Shown: positions 9,034 to 17,188 of the stretch, one piece after another
How the letters are laid out: every line of letters starts with the position of its first letter
Numbering within the stretch: position 1 is the first letter of the stretch
From: Polyangia bacterium
GTDB lineage: Bacteria > Myxococcota_A > Polyangia > JACRCY01
Direction: 5' to 3'
Assembly (NCBI GenBank): GCA_036504295.1
Contig: DASXVK010000198.1
Location: 1,581 to 65,580 of the forward strand
DNA length: 64,000 nt
The notes under the pieces: model-generated
The model's input: the letters and a program-made list of their open reading frames with translations, nothing else
The model's database searches: none
Told to the model about the DNA's origin: nothing
Position numbers and translations under genes: made by a program

Positions 9034-11910
9034 TCAGGTCTCGAGCCGCCCGAGCGCGCGCAGGATCTTCTCGGCGCTGAAGGGCCAGCTGCGGATCCAG
9101 ACGCCGACCGCGTCGTGGATGGCGGCGGCGATGGCGGGCGAGGCGCCGTTGCACGCGATCTCCGAGATCGACTTGGCGCCGAACGGACCGAAGGGATCCA
9201 GGACCTCGACCAGCTCGGCCTTGAAGACCTCGGGGACGTCCCCGATCATGGGGACCTTGTAGTCCTGGAAGCTCGGGTTCAGGCAGCGCCCCGACTCGTC
9301 GTAGATCATCTCCTCGTACAGGGAGTGACCGATGGTCTTGAGCACACCGCCGTACATCTGGCCGAGCGCCAGGTCGGGGTTGACCGGCGTGCCGCAGTCC
9401 TGCAGCGCATAGTACTTCTGGACCGTGACCTGCCCCGTGCGCGTGTTGACCGCCGCCTGCACGAAGTGCGCGCCGTAGGGGATCGAGGCCTTGTCGCTGG
9501 CGAAGTGGCCGGTGGCGGTGAGCTGGCCGCAGCCGGTCCCGGTCTCGGCGAAGTGGGCGATCTCCGCGAAGGAGACGGACCGGTCCCGGCCGACGACCGT
9601 CGCCGGGTAGGCGAGCCGCAGGTCCCCCCGGGCCTCGCCGGTGAGCTGCGCCGCCACGTCGAGGATCCGCTCCTTGAGCGCGTTGGCCGCGCCCAGCGCC
9701 GCGCCGCCCGAGAAATAGGTGCCCTTGGAGGCGTAGGCGCCGCAGTCGAAGGGGGTGAAGTCGGTGTCGGCGGAGAGCACCGAAACCCGCTCGAGGTCGA
9801 CGCAGAGCGCCTCGGCCACGAACTTGGCGGTCACCGTGTCGAGCCCGGTGCCGAGGTCGGCGCCGCCCGACAGGAGCATGAAGGTGCCGTCGGAGAGCAT
9901 CTTGACCTCGGCGTTGGCCGAGTCGAGGCCGGGGAGCCCGGAGCCCTGCATGATGATCGCGAAGCCCTTGCCGATCTTCACGTCGGGATCGCCGCTCGCC
10001 GCCGGCGTGCCCCAGCCGATGAGCTCGGCGCCGCGGCTCATGGCCGGCCCGAGGCCGCAGCTCCCCGCGCGCTCCGCCTTCCCCTCGCGCCCCTCGCCGA
10101 GGCACTTGAGGATCTCCAGCATCGCCCCCTCGCGCACGCGGTTCTTCTCGACGAGCGCGTAGTGGTCCATGCCGAGCTCCTCGGCGAGCTCGGCCATGGC
10201 GAGCTGCAGCGCGAACGAGCCCTTGGGCGCGCCATAGCCCTGGTAGGCGCCGGTGGGCGCGATGTTCGAGTAGTAGCTCGTGACGTTGAAGCCGATGTTG
10301 TCGCAGAGAAAGAGGGGCAGCGACTTGGAGCAGGCGTTCATCGGTACGGTCAGGCAGTGCGAGCCGTAGGGGCCGGTGTTGGCCTCGAGGTCCATCGAGA
10401 CGGCGGTCAACGTGCCGTCCCGCTTCGCCCCCAGCCTGACGCGCATCTTCATCACGTGGCGGGTGCGGCAGGCGACGAACTCCTCCTCGCGGGTGAAGCG
10501 CTGGTAGATCGGCCGGCCGGTGATCCACGTCAGGTAGGCCGGCACCTCCTCGAGGACGATGTCCTGCTTGGCGCCGAAGCCGCCGCCGACGCGCTCCTTG
10601 ATGACGCGGATGTTGTTCTCGCTCGTGCCGATGATGGCGGCCACGATGCGGCGCAGGTGGAACGGGACCTGGGTGGAGGCGTGGATGACCAGGCGCTCGC
10701 CGTCCATGCGCGTGTAGACGACGTGCGTCTCGTTCGGCGTGCACTGCACCTGACTGCTCTCGTACTCCCGGTCGATGACGACGTCGGCCGCCTGGAGCCC
10801 CGCCTCGACGTCGCCGATGTGGCCGTGGACCGAGGCCGCGACGTTGCGGCGCGGATCGGCGTGGATCGGGAACTGATAAACGATGCGCCCGTCGCGCGGA
10901 TCGGCGCGGCGGTTGTCGTCCGCGAGGCCGTCGGGCGCGCCGACCACGTACTCGAGCCGGCTGTTGTGCACGAGCGGCGCGCCCGGCGCGGCCGCCTGCT
11001 CCATCGTGAGCACCGGCGTCAGCACCTCGTAGTCGACCTCGATGAGGGCCGCGGCCTCCTCGGCCGCCGCCCAGGTCTCGGCCACGATGGCCGCGACGCG
11101 GTCGCCCACGTGCCGGACCTTCTCGCTGATGAGCTTGCGGTCGTAGGGCGACGGCTCGGGGAAGCCCTGGCCGGCCTGGTTGTAGTAGACGTCCGGGCAG
11201 TTCTTGTGGGTGAGGATGTAGACCACCCCCGGCACCCGCTCCGCCGCCGCGGTGTCGATGCGCGTGACGTACGCGTGGGCGTGCGGCGAGCGCACCATCT
11301 TGAGCACGCACGCGTCCGCCGGGACCATGTCCTCGACGTAGGCGGGGAAGCCGCGCACGAGCTTGGGGCCGTCGATCTTGCGCCGGTTCTTGCCCACCAC
11401 GCGCAGCTCGTCCATGAACTCCGGCGCGGGCGGCGGCACGTAGGTGGGGTCCTTGAGCCGGCGCGCCGCGAGCTCGACGGCCGCGTAGTACTGCTCGTAG
11501 CCCGTGCAGCGGCAGAGGACGCCCGAGAGCGCATCCGTGACGTCGGCCCGCGTCGGCGCCGCCGTGCGCCCGAGGAGGCTCTCGATGGCGAGCACCATCG
11601 CGGGCGTGCAGTAGCCGCACTGCACCGCCCCCGCGTCGAGGAGCGCCGCCTGCACCACCGTCAGCGTGCGCTGCTTCTTGTAGTGGTCGACGGTGATGAC
11701 GCTCTTCCCGTCGAGCTGCGCCGCGAGGAGGAGGCACGAGTTGACGAGCTTCCCGTCGAGCAGCACCGAGCAGATGCCGCACTGGCCGCCGCCGTTGCAG
11801 CCGTCGCGGACGACCAGCAGCCCGTGGCGGCGCAGGACCGTGTTCGCGCGCTCGCCGGGCAGCATCTCGAGCTGGCGGGGGGCGCCGTTGAGGGTGACCG
11901 TGATCTTCAT
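9034..11910 (-). CDS. Fused (2Fe-2S)/molybdopterin-binding molybdenum hydroxylase subunit (E. coli XdhD/YgfN-like architecture)
   Basis: 958 aa. The N-terminus carries FeS motifs (GCNGGGQCGICSVLLDG, QCGYCTPAM, CRCTGY). These are followed directly by the Moco domain (GGGFGAKQ, GAYQGYGAPK, PFGAKSISEIACNG). Confidence 0.9.
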   Translation of the reverse strand: MKITVTLNGAPRQLEMLPGERANTVLRRHGLLVVRDGCNGGGQCGICSVLLDGKLVNSCLLLAAQLDGKSVITVDHYKKQRTLTVVQAALLDAGAVQCGYCTPAMVLAIESLLGRTAAPTRADVTDALSGVLCRCTGYEQYYAAVELAARRLKDPTYVPPPAPEFMDELRVVGKNRRKIDGPKLVRGFPAYVEDMVPADACVLKMVRSPHAHAYVTRIDTAAAERVPGVVYILTHKNCPDVYYNQAGQGFPEPSPYDRKLISEKVRHVGDRVAAIVAETWAAAEEAAALIEVDYEVLTPVLTMEQAAAPGAPLVHNSRLEYVVGAPDGLADDNRRADPRDGRIVYQFPIHADPRRNVAASVHGHIGDVEAGLQAADVVIDREYESSQVQCTPNETHVVYTRMDGERLVIHASTQVPFHLRRIVAAIIGTSENNIRVIKERVGGGFGAKQDIVLEEVPAYLTWITGRPIYQRFTREEEFVACRTRHVMKMRVRLGAKRDGTLTAVSMDLEANTGPYGSHCLTVPMNACSKSLPLFLCDNIGFNVTSYYSNIAPTGAYQGYGAPKGSFALQLAMAELAEELGMDHYALVEKNRVREGAMLEILKCLGEGREGKAERAGSCGLGPAMSRGAELIGWGTPAASGDPDVKIGKGFAIIMQGSGLPGLDSANAEVKMLSDGTFMLLSGGADLGTGLDTVTAKFVAEALCVDLERVSVLSADTDFTPFDCGAYASKGTYFSGGAALGAANALKERILDVAAQLTGEARGDLRLAYPATVVGRDRSVSFAEIAHFAETGTGCGQLTATGHFASDKASIPYGAHFVQAAVNTRTGQVTVQKYYALQDCGTPVNPDLALGQMYGGVLKTIGHSLYEEMIYDESGRCLNPSFQDYKVPMIGDVPEVFKAELVEVLDPFGPFGAKSISEIACNGASPAIAAAIHDAVGVWIRSWPFSAEKILRALGRLET

Positions 11911-12731
11911 CGGTTATGTCCGAGCGCGTCGCGCAGGGCGTCGCTGACGAGGGCGGCGGCGAGCTGGCGCTTGAAGGCCGCGCTGCCACGCAGATCCGTG
12001 ACCGGGTCGACCGCGGCCTTGACCAGGGCGTCGATCTCGCCGCGCGGCGGCAGCGGCTGCCCCGCGAGCCGGTCCTCGAGGGCGCGCAGCCGCGTCGCGC
12101 GGGGCACCGCGCCGTTGACGGCGACGAGCGGCCGCTCGAGGCGGGCCGCGTCGCCCGCGAGGCTCACCGCGGCCGAGACGATCGCCACGTCGGTGGCGGT
12201 GCGGCCATGCTTGCGCGCCGCCCCGCGCCGGCGCTCCCACCCCGCGGGGACGAGGAAGCCCGTGATGAGCGCGCGCGGGTCGTGCTGCGCGACGTAGCTG
12301 GCGTACGCCACGGTGCGCTCGCCCGCGGCGTCGCAGAGGCTCACCTGCGCGTCGAGGCAGAGGAGCGCCGGCGCGAGGCTGGACCAGGCGCCGTTGCTCC
12401 CCGCGTTGCCGCCGAGGGTCGCCATGGTGCGGACGTTGCGGTTGGCGAACTCGCGCGCCGCGGCCGCGAGGAGCGGGGGCACGCCCGGCCCATCGACGAG
12501 CTCCTGGATGGTGATCCCCGCCCCGATGGCAAATCCCGCCGGGGTTGGCTCGAGCCGCCGCAGCGGCAGCCGATCGAGCATGATCGCCGCGGTGGGCTCC
12601 CCGGTCGCGTGCCACGGCCAGGTCCGGGAGTTGATCTCGGTGCCACCGGCGTAGTAGCAGCTCGCCGGGGTGCCCTGCCGCAGCGCAACGGCCTCGGCCA
12701 CGCTGCGCGGGTGGTGGATGTCCTGGATCAT
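11907..12731 (-). CDS. FAD-binding molybdopterin-dehydrogenase subunit (YgfM-like partner of the fused subunit)
   Basis: 274 aa: HHPRSVAEAVAL...YYAGGTEI...NVRTMATLGGNAG...DLRGSAAFKRQLAAAL. Its stop overlaps the start of the fused subunit (ATGA). Confidence 0.85.
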   Translation of the reverse strand: MIQDIHHPRSVAEAVALRQGTPASCYYAGGTEINSRTWPWHATGEPTAAIMLDRLPLRRLEPTPAGFAIGAGITIQELVDGPGVPPLLAAAAREFANRNVRTMATLGGNAGSNGAWSSLAPALLCLDAQVSLCDAAGERTVAYASYVAQHDPRALITGFLVPAGWERRRGAARKHGRTATDVAIVSAAVSLAGDAARLERPLVAVNGAVPRATRLRALEDRLAGQPLPPRGEIDALVKAAVDPVTDLRGSAAFKRQLAAALVSDALRDALGHNR

Positions 12732-12847
12732 GGCGCCCTCCGCCCTTGGCCCCGGCGCGACGGCCGAGCTCGCACTCGAATTCTTCCTGCCGACGAGTGA
12801 ACTGTCAACCTGGGAGGCCGCCAGCGGGCGTCAGCGAACAACGGCTG

Positions 12848-13348
12848 GTGGTCATTCTCCTATCGACCTCGGCCTGCCTCGAGAAGAACGCAAGGTATTG
12901 CGATGAAGAGGTCCACTGCGAGGACCCGCGGTGGCCCTACTGCGTCCTCGAGCGGCGCCAGTGCAACCCGTGGCCCGACGGGGGGCCGCCCCTCAGTGAC
13001 GCCTCGAGCGATGGCCTGAGAGGCGGCGACGCGGCCGATGCCCCGGCCGGGGACGCCGATGCGGCTCCGGACGCACCCTCGGGGGCTGACGCCGCACGCG
13101 ATTCGGCGACTCCTGACGGCACCGCACATGACGCGGCCGCCGATGTCGGGCAAGACGCCACGGCCCCAGTGGACGCCGCCGACGGCGGATCGGCGTCAGC
13201 CGCCACGGTAGTGGAGCTCACATCCGGCGGCGGAGTCGGGGCCGCCGGCGCGTTTCGCCTCTGGCTGAGCGTTGGCGGGCCGCAGCCGCACGGGCGAGGA
13301 TCGAGTGCCGACTACAACCTGAGCCTCGGGCCCGGCTCGGGACGTTAG
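12848..13348 (+). CDS. Small secreted/lipoprotein candidate with an N-terminal Cys motif and an Asp/Ala-rich region
   Basis: YCDEEVHCEDPRWPYCVLERRQC parallels YCDENTPCTDPAYPVCAVTWHEC at the N-terminus of the 57396 protein. It is preceded by ILLSTSAC (lipobox-like). The GTG 12848 start is tentative. Track ATG 12746 lies only 15 nt from the divergent gene start, in a lower-GC, non-coding-looking stretch. Confidence 0.5.
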   Translation: MVILLSTSACLEKNARYCDEEVHCEDPRWPYCVLERRQCNPWPDGGPPLSDASSDGLRGGDAADAPAGDADAAPDAPSGADAARDSATPDGTAHDAAADVGQDATAPVDAADGGSASAATVVELTSGGGVGAAGAFRLWLSVGGPQPHGRGSSADYNLSLGPGSGR

Positions 13349-13370
13349 CTGTCGGGCCGCGGAGGAACGC

Positions 13371-15263
13371 ATGACTACTCGGACGACCAACCTGCTGATC
13401 GCCGTGGCGATCATCCTCGGGAGCCACGCGCGGGCTCACGCCGCCGCACCTGCGCTGCTCCCGGTGCAAGGTCTACTCACCGACGGCGCCGGCGCACCGC
13501 TCGACGGTGCGCACGACCTCAAGTTCGCGCTCTTCGACGCCGCCAGCGTGGGCAATCTGCTGTTCACGCAGAGCGACGCTGGCGTGCAGATCGATCGCGG
13601 TCGCTTCATCATCTACCTCGGGCAGGGTGGGACGGCGCTGGATCTCGCGCTGTTCCGCGATCACGCGGCGCTGTGGCTGGAGGTCACGATCGACGGGACG
13701 CAAGTGGTCCAGCCCCGGTTCCGCCTCGCGACGGTGCCCTACGCGTCCTTCGCGCAGTTCTGCGGCGACGCCGCCACCGTGGGCGGGAACGGCGCAACCG
13801 CATTTGCAGCCTCCGGACACAGCCACGCCTGGAACCAGATCACGGGCATCCCGGCGAGCCTGCTCGATGGCGATCAGGACACTCTCGCCACCCTCGTGTG
13901 CGGCGCCGGCCAGGCGGTGAAGTGGGGTGGATCTGCGTGGGGCTGCGGTGATTTCGCTGCGGCCAGTCACCTTCATCCCTGGAGCCAGCTCACCGGCGTT
14001 CCGCCGAACCTCGAGGATCTCGCCCTCCTTGCTTGCTCGCTCGACCAGGTGCCGAAGTGGAACGGGACGGGCTGGGCCTGTGGCGCCGACGCGGACTCCG
14101 GCGGCGACATCACGGGCGTCACGGCCGGCACCGGGCTGTCGGGCGGCGGCCAGGCCGGGAGCGTCACGGTGAGCTTGGATCGGGCGTACACCGACGGGCT
14201 CTACTGGAAGCTCGGCGGGAACGGCGGCACGACCGCGGGCACGCACTTCATCGGCACGACTGACGGCCAAGCGCTCGAGCTCAAGGTCAACTCGGCGCGG
14301 ATGTTGCGGCTGGAGCCGGGCACCAACTCCATCACCGGCGTCGCGCAGAACTCGGTCACCGCCGGGGTCGCGATGGCGACCATCGCGGGCGGCGGCATGG
14401 CCAGCGCCCCGAACCGGGTCACGGATGATGGCGGCTTCGTGGCGGGAGGCAGAGGCAATCAGGCGGGCGACAATGCCGGCACGACCGTCGACAAGGCGTT
14501 TGCGACGGTGGGCGGGGGCGCCGGCAACACCGCCAGCGGGCTCCTCGCGACCATTCCGGGAGGCTCGCAGAACGTGGCCGCCGGTGACTACAGCTTCGCG
14601 GCCGGGAACCGCGCCAAGGCGAACAGCGCCGGCTGCTTCGTCTGGAGTGACTCGCAGGCCTCCGATGTGACCTGCGCCAACCCGGATCGCTGGGTGGCCC
14701 GAGCGAGCGGCGGCGTCTACTTCTACACGAACAGCGCCCTCTCGGCTGGGTCCTACCTGGCCGCGGGATCCGGAACCTGGAGCTCCGTGAGCGATCGCGA
14801 GCAGAAAAGCGGAATCGTCGCCACCGACCCGGAACAGGTCCTGGCGGCGCTGGAACAGGTGCCGGTGTCGACCTGGAGCTACAAGACCGAGCCTGGCGGA
14901 GTCCGCCACATGGGTCCCATGGCGCAGGATTTCCACGGTGCCTTCGGGCTCGGCGACAGCGAGCGACATATCGCCCAGATCGACGCCGATGGAGTCGCGC
15001 TCGCTGCCATCCAGGGGCTGCTCCGCGTAACACGCAGGCAAGACGCCCGCCTCGCGGCGCTCGGCAGCGAGAACGCCACGCTCGCCGAGCAGAACGCGGC
15101 GTTCGCCCGGCGGCTGGAGCGACTCGAGAGCGCGGCCGGGAGCGGCCCCGCATCAGGAGGCGGTTGGCTCTGGGGCGCTCTCGGCGTGGGCGCCATGGGC
15201 GTGCTCGTCGTGAGGCGGGGCCGCCGGAGCACGAGCTCGAAGCACGAGGAGGGCGGTCGATGA
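13371..15263 (+). CDS. Tail-fibre-like surface protein with a peptidase-S74 (intramolecular chaperone/autoprotease) domain and a C-terminal TM anchor
   Basis: 630 aa. It has a signal peptide (LLIAVAIILGSHARAHA). Phage-fibre HxH repeats follow (SGHSHAWNQITGIP, ASHLHPWSQLTGVP). Next come Gly/Asn-rich GG-N-ASG repeats. The S74 signature is SVSDREQKSGI...VSTWSYK...RHMGPMAQDFHGAFGLGDSERHIAQIDADGVALAAIQGL. The protein ends in a coiled coil and the anchor WLWGALGVGAMGVLVVRRGRR. Confidence 0.85.
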   Translation: MTTRTTNLLIAVAIILGSHARAHAAAPALLPVQGLLTDGAGAPLDGAHDLKFALFDAASVGNLLFTQSDAGVQIDRGRFIIYLGQGGTALDLALFRDHAALWLEVTIDGTQVVQPRFRLATVPYASFAQFCGDAATVGGNGATAFAASGHSHAWNQITGIPASLLDGDQDTLATLVCGAGQAVKWGGSAWGCGDFAAASHLHPWSQLTGVPPNLEDLALLACSLDQVPKWNGTGWACGADADSGGDITGVTAGTGLSGGGQAGSVTVSLDRAYTDGLYWKLGGNGGTTAGTHFIGTTDGQALELKVNSARMLRLEPGTNSITGVAQNSVTAGVAMATIAGGGMASAPNRVTDDGGFVAGGRGNQAGDNAGTTVDKAFATVGGGAGNTASGLLATIPGGSQNVAAGDYSFAAGNRAKANSAGCFVWSDSQASDVTCANPDRWVARASGGVYFYTNSALSAGSYLAAGSGTWSSVSDREQKSGIVATDPEQVLAALEQVPVSTWSYKTEPGGVRHMGPMAQDFHGAFGLGDSERHIAQIDADGVALAAIQGLLRVTRRQDARLAALGSENATLAEQNAAFARRLERLESAAGSGPASGGGWLWGALGVGAMGVLVVRRGRRSTSSKHEEGGR

Positions 15264-17188
15264 TGCGGCGCCGAGGCATGCTGGGTCTGCTGGTCATTGC
15301 GCTCGCGCTTCCGGGAACGTCGCAGGCCGCGAGCCCGGCGCTCCTCCCGGTCCGGGGCTTCCTGAGCGATGCCGCAGGCGTCCCCGTCGATGGCAATCAC
15401 GACTTGCGCTTCGTGATCTACGACGGGGTCGCCAGCGGGACGGCGCTCTTCACCGAGAACCACGCGGCGCTCGCGGTCAGCCACGGTGAGTTCGTGGCCT
15501 ACCTCGGCCAGGTGACCGGGAGCCTCGACCTCACGCTCTTCCGGGACAAGGGCGCGCTGTGGCTGGAGGTGACGATCGACGGCACGCAGGCGATCCAGCC
15601 CCGGTTCCGCCTGGCGACGGCACCCTACGCGGCCTTCGCCCAGTACTGCGGCGATGCCGTCACGCTGGGCGGGAGCCCGGTGACGGCGTTCGCTCAGTCG
15701 GTGCACACCCACCAGTGGACGGACCTCACGGGCGTGCCGGCCACCTTGCTGGATGGTGATCAGGACACGTTGGCGTCGTTGAGCTGTGCCAGCGGGCAGG
15801 TCGCCAAGTGGAACGCGAGCGCGTGGAATTGCGCCGATGATGCGAACTCCGGCGGGACCATCACTGGCGTCACCGCCGGCACGGGGCTCTCGGGTGGCGG
15901 CGCGTCCGGCGGGATCTCGGTCGCGCTCGACACCGCGTACACCGACGGCCGCTACTGGACGCTCGGCGGGAACGCCGGCACGACCCCCGGGACGCAGTAC
16001 ATCGGCACGAGCGACAACGTGGCGCTGGAGCTGCGAGTGAACAACACGCGCGCGCTCCGCATCGAGCCGATGAACGGCGGCGCGAACATCATCGCGGGAC
16101 ACCCGGCCAACTGGATTACGGCCGGAATCAAGTCTGCGACCATTGCCGGCGGCGGCAACGCGGTGTGGCCGAACCGCGTGACGGATGATGAGTCCACCGT
16201 GGGTGGCGGGGTCGGCAATCAAGCGGGAAACGCGTCGGGAAGTGCGCAAGATGGATATCGGGCGACGGTCGCGGGTGGGACCCTGAACACCGCATCGGGG
16301 CAGGGCTCGTTCATTGGCGGCGGGGAGTGGAACAGCGCGCGGGGGAGCGATGCGGCGATCGGGGGCGGCGGCTCTAATGACGCTTCTGGGGGGAACTCCG
16401 CCATCCTGGGTGGCTACCTCAACGCCGCGTCCGGAACATGGTCGACCGTTGCAGGAGGGCAATACAACACCGCGAGCGGGCAAGGTGCTGCTGTGCCGGG
16501 GGGAGCACAGAACGCAGCCTCGGGTTCCAACAGCTTCGCCGCCGGGTACCGCGCCAAGGCCAACACCGACGGTTGCTTCGTGTGGGGGGACTCGTCGAAC
16601 AGCGACGTGACCTGCACAACCGCGGACCGCTGGGTCGCGCGCGCTAGCGGCGGCGTCTACTTCTACTCGAACTCCGGCCTCACGGCCGGCTCCTACCTCG
16701 CGGCCGGCTCGGGAACCTGGTCCTCCGTCAGTGATCGCAACGAGAAGGCGGACATCGCTCCGGTGGAGCCTCGCCGCGTCCTGGAGGCCCTCGCTCGTGT
16801 GCCGGTCTCAACCTGGCGCTATCGGAGTGAGCGCCCCGGAGTCCGGCACATGGGCCCCATGGCGCAGGACTTCCACGCGGCATTCGGCGTCGGCGACAGC
16901 GAGCGGCACATCACCACGATCGACGCGGATGGTGTGGCCCTGGCAGCGGTCAAGGGGCTCCATGAAGTGGCGGCGGAGTCAAAGCGGGAGATCGTCGAGC
17001 TCCGGCGTGAGAACGGCGCGCTGCGCGCGCGGCTGGATCGCCTGGAGCAGCGGACGCTTCCCTGGACATCTGGCGCGGGCTATTTCTGGCCCGGAGCGGG
17101 CCTTCTGGGCATTGGTCTTGTTGTTGCTCGTCGGACGAAGGCGCGGCGAGGGCCAGCCGTCTTCGGGGCTACGGCCAGGAGACGGTGA
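15260..17188 (+). CDS. Paralogous tail-fibre-like protein with S74 domain and C-terminal TM anchor
   Basis: ATG 15260 overlaps the upstream stop. Signal peptide MMRRRGMLGLLVIALALPGTSQA. The order of modules matches the upstream gene: QSVHTHQWTDLTGVP, longer GG-N-ASG repeats, SVSDRNEKADI...RHMGPMAQDFHAAFGVGDSERHITTIDADGVALAAVKGL, a coiled coil, then FWPGAGLLGIGLVVARRTKARR. Confidence 0.85.
   Translation: MMRRRGMLGLLVIALALPGTSQAASPALLPVRGFLSDAAGVPVDGNHDLRFVIYDGVASGTALFTENHAALAVSHGEFVAYLGQVTGSLDLTLFRDKGALWLEVTIDGTQAIQPRFRLATAPYAAFAQYCGDAVTLGGSPVTAFAQSVHTHQWTDLTGVPATLLDGDQDTLASLSCASGQVAKWNASAWNCADDANSGGTITGVTAGTGLSGGGASGGISVALDTAYTDGRYWTLGGNAGTTPGTQYIGTSDNVALELRVNNTRALRIEPMNGGANIIAGHPANWITAGIKSATIAGGGNAVWPNRVTDDESTVGGGVGNQAGNASGSAQDGYRATVAGGTLNTASGQGSFIGGGEWNSARGSDAAIGGGGSNDASGGNSAILGGYLNAASGTWSTVAGGQYNTASGQGAAVPGGAQNAASGSNSFAAGYRAKANTDGCFVWGDSSNSDVTCTTADRWVARASGGVYFYSNSGLTAGSYLAAGSGTWSSVSDRNEKADIAPVEPRRVLEALARVPVSTWRYRSERPGVRHMGPMAQDFHAAFGVGDSERHITTIDADGVALAAVKGLHEVAAESKREIVELRRENGALRARLDRLEQRTLPWTSGAGYFWPGAGLLGIGLVVARRTKARRGPAVFGATARRR

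Noticed and set aside
5055-12297. Very long plus-strand ORFs (5055-8096, 1013 aa; 7879-12297, 1472 aa) opposite the molybdenum-hydroxylase operon
   Set aside because: Their translations are dominated by Arg/Gly/Ala/Asp/His runs with no motifs. They are antisense shadows of clearly recognisable minus-strand genes. A lack of stop codons is expected at this GC content.
12746-12847. ATG 12746 as the start of the Cys-rich lipoprotein; likewise ATG 45185 for the CheB/CheR gene, ATG 2843 for the Cys-rich micro-ORF, and the track starts 45239, 48300, 49865, 55508 and 56299
   Set aside because: The N-terminal extensions are Arg/Pro-rich or lie in lower-GC, non-coding-looking sequence. Some crowd or overlap divergent gene starts. 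Internal starts give sensible signal peptides or family-typical N-termini and often have Shine-Dalgarno sequences.
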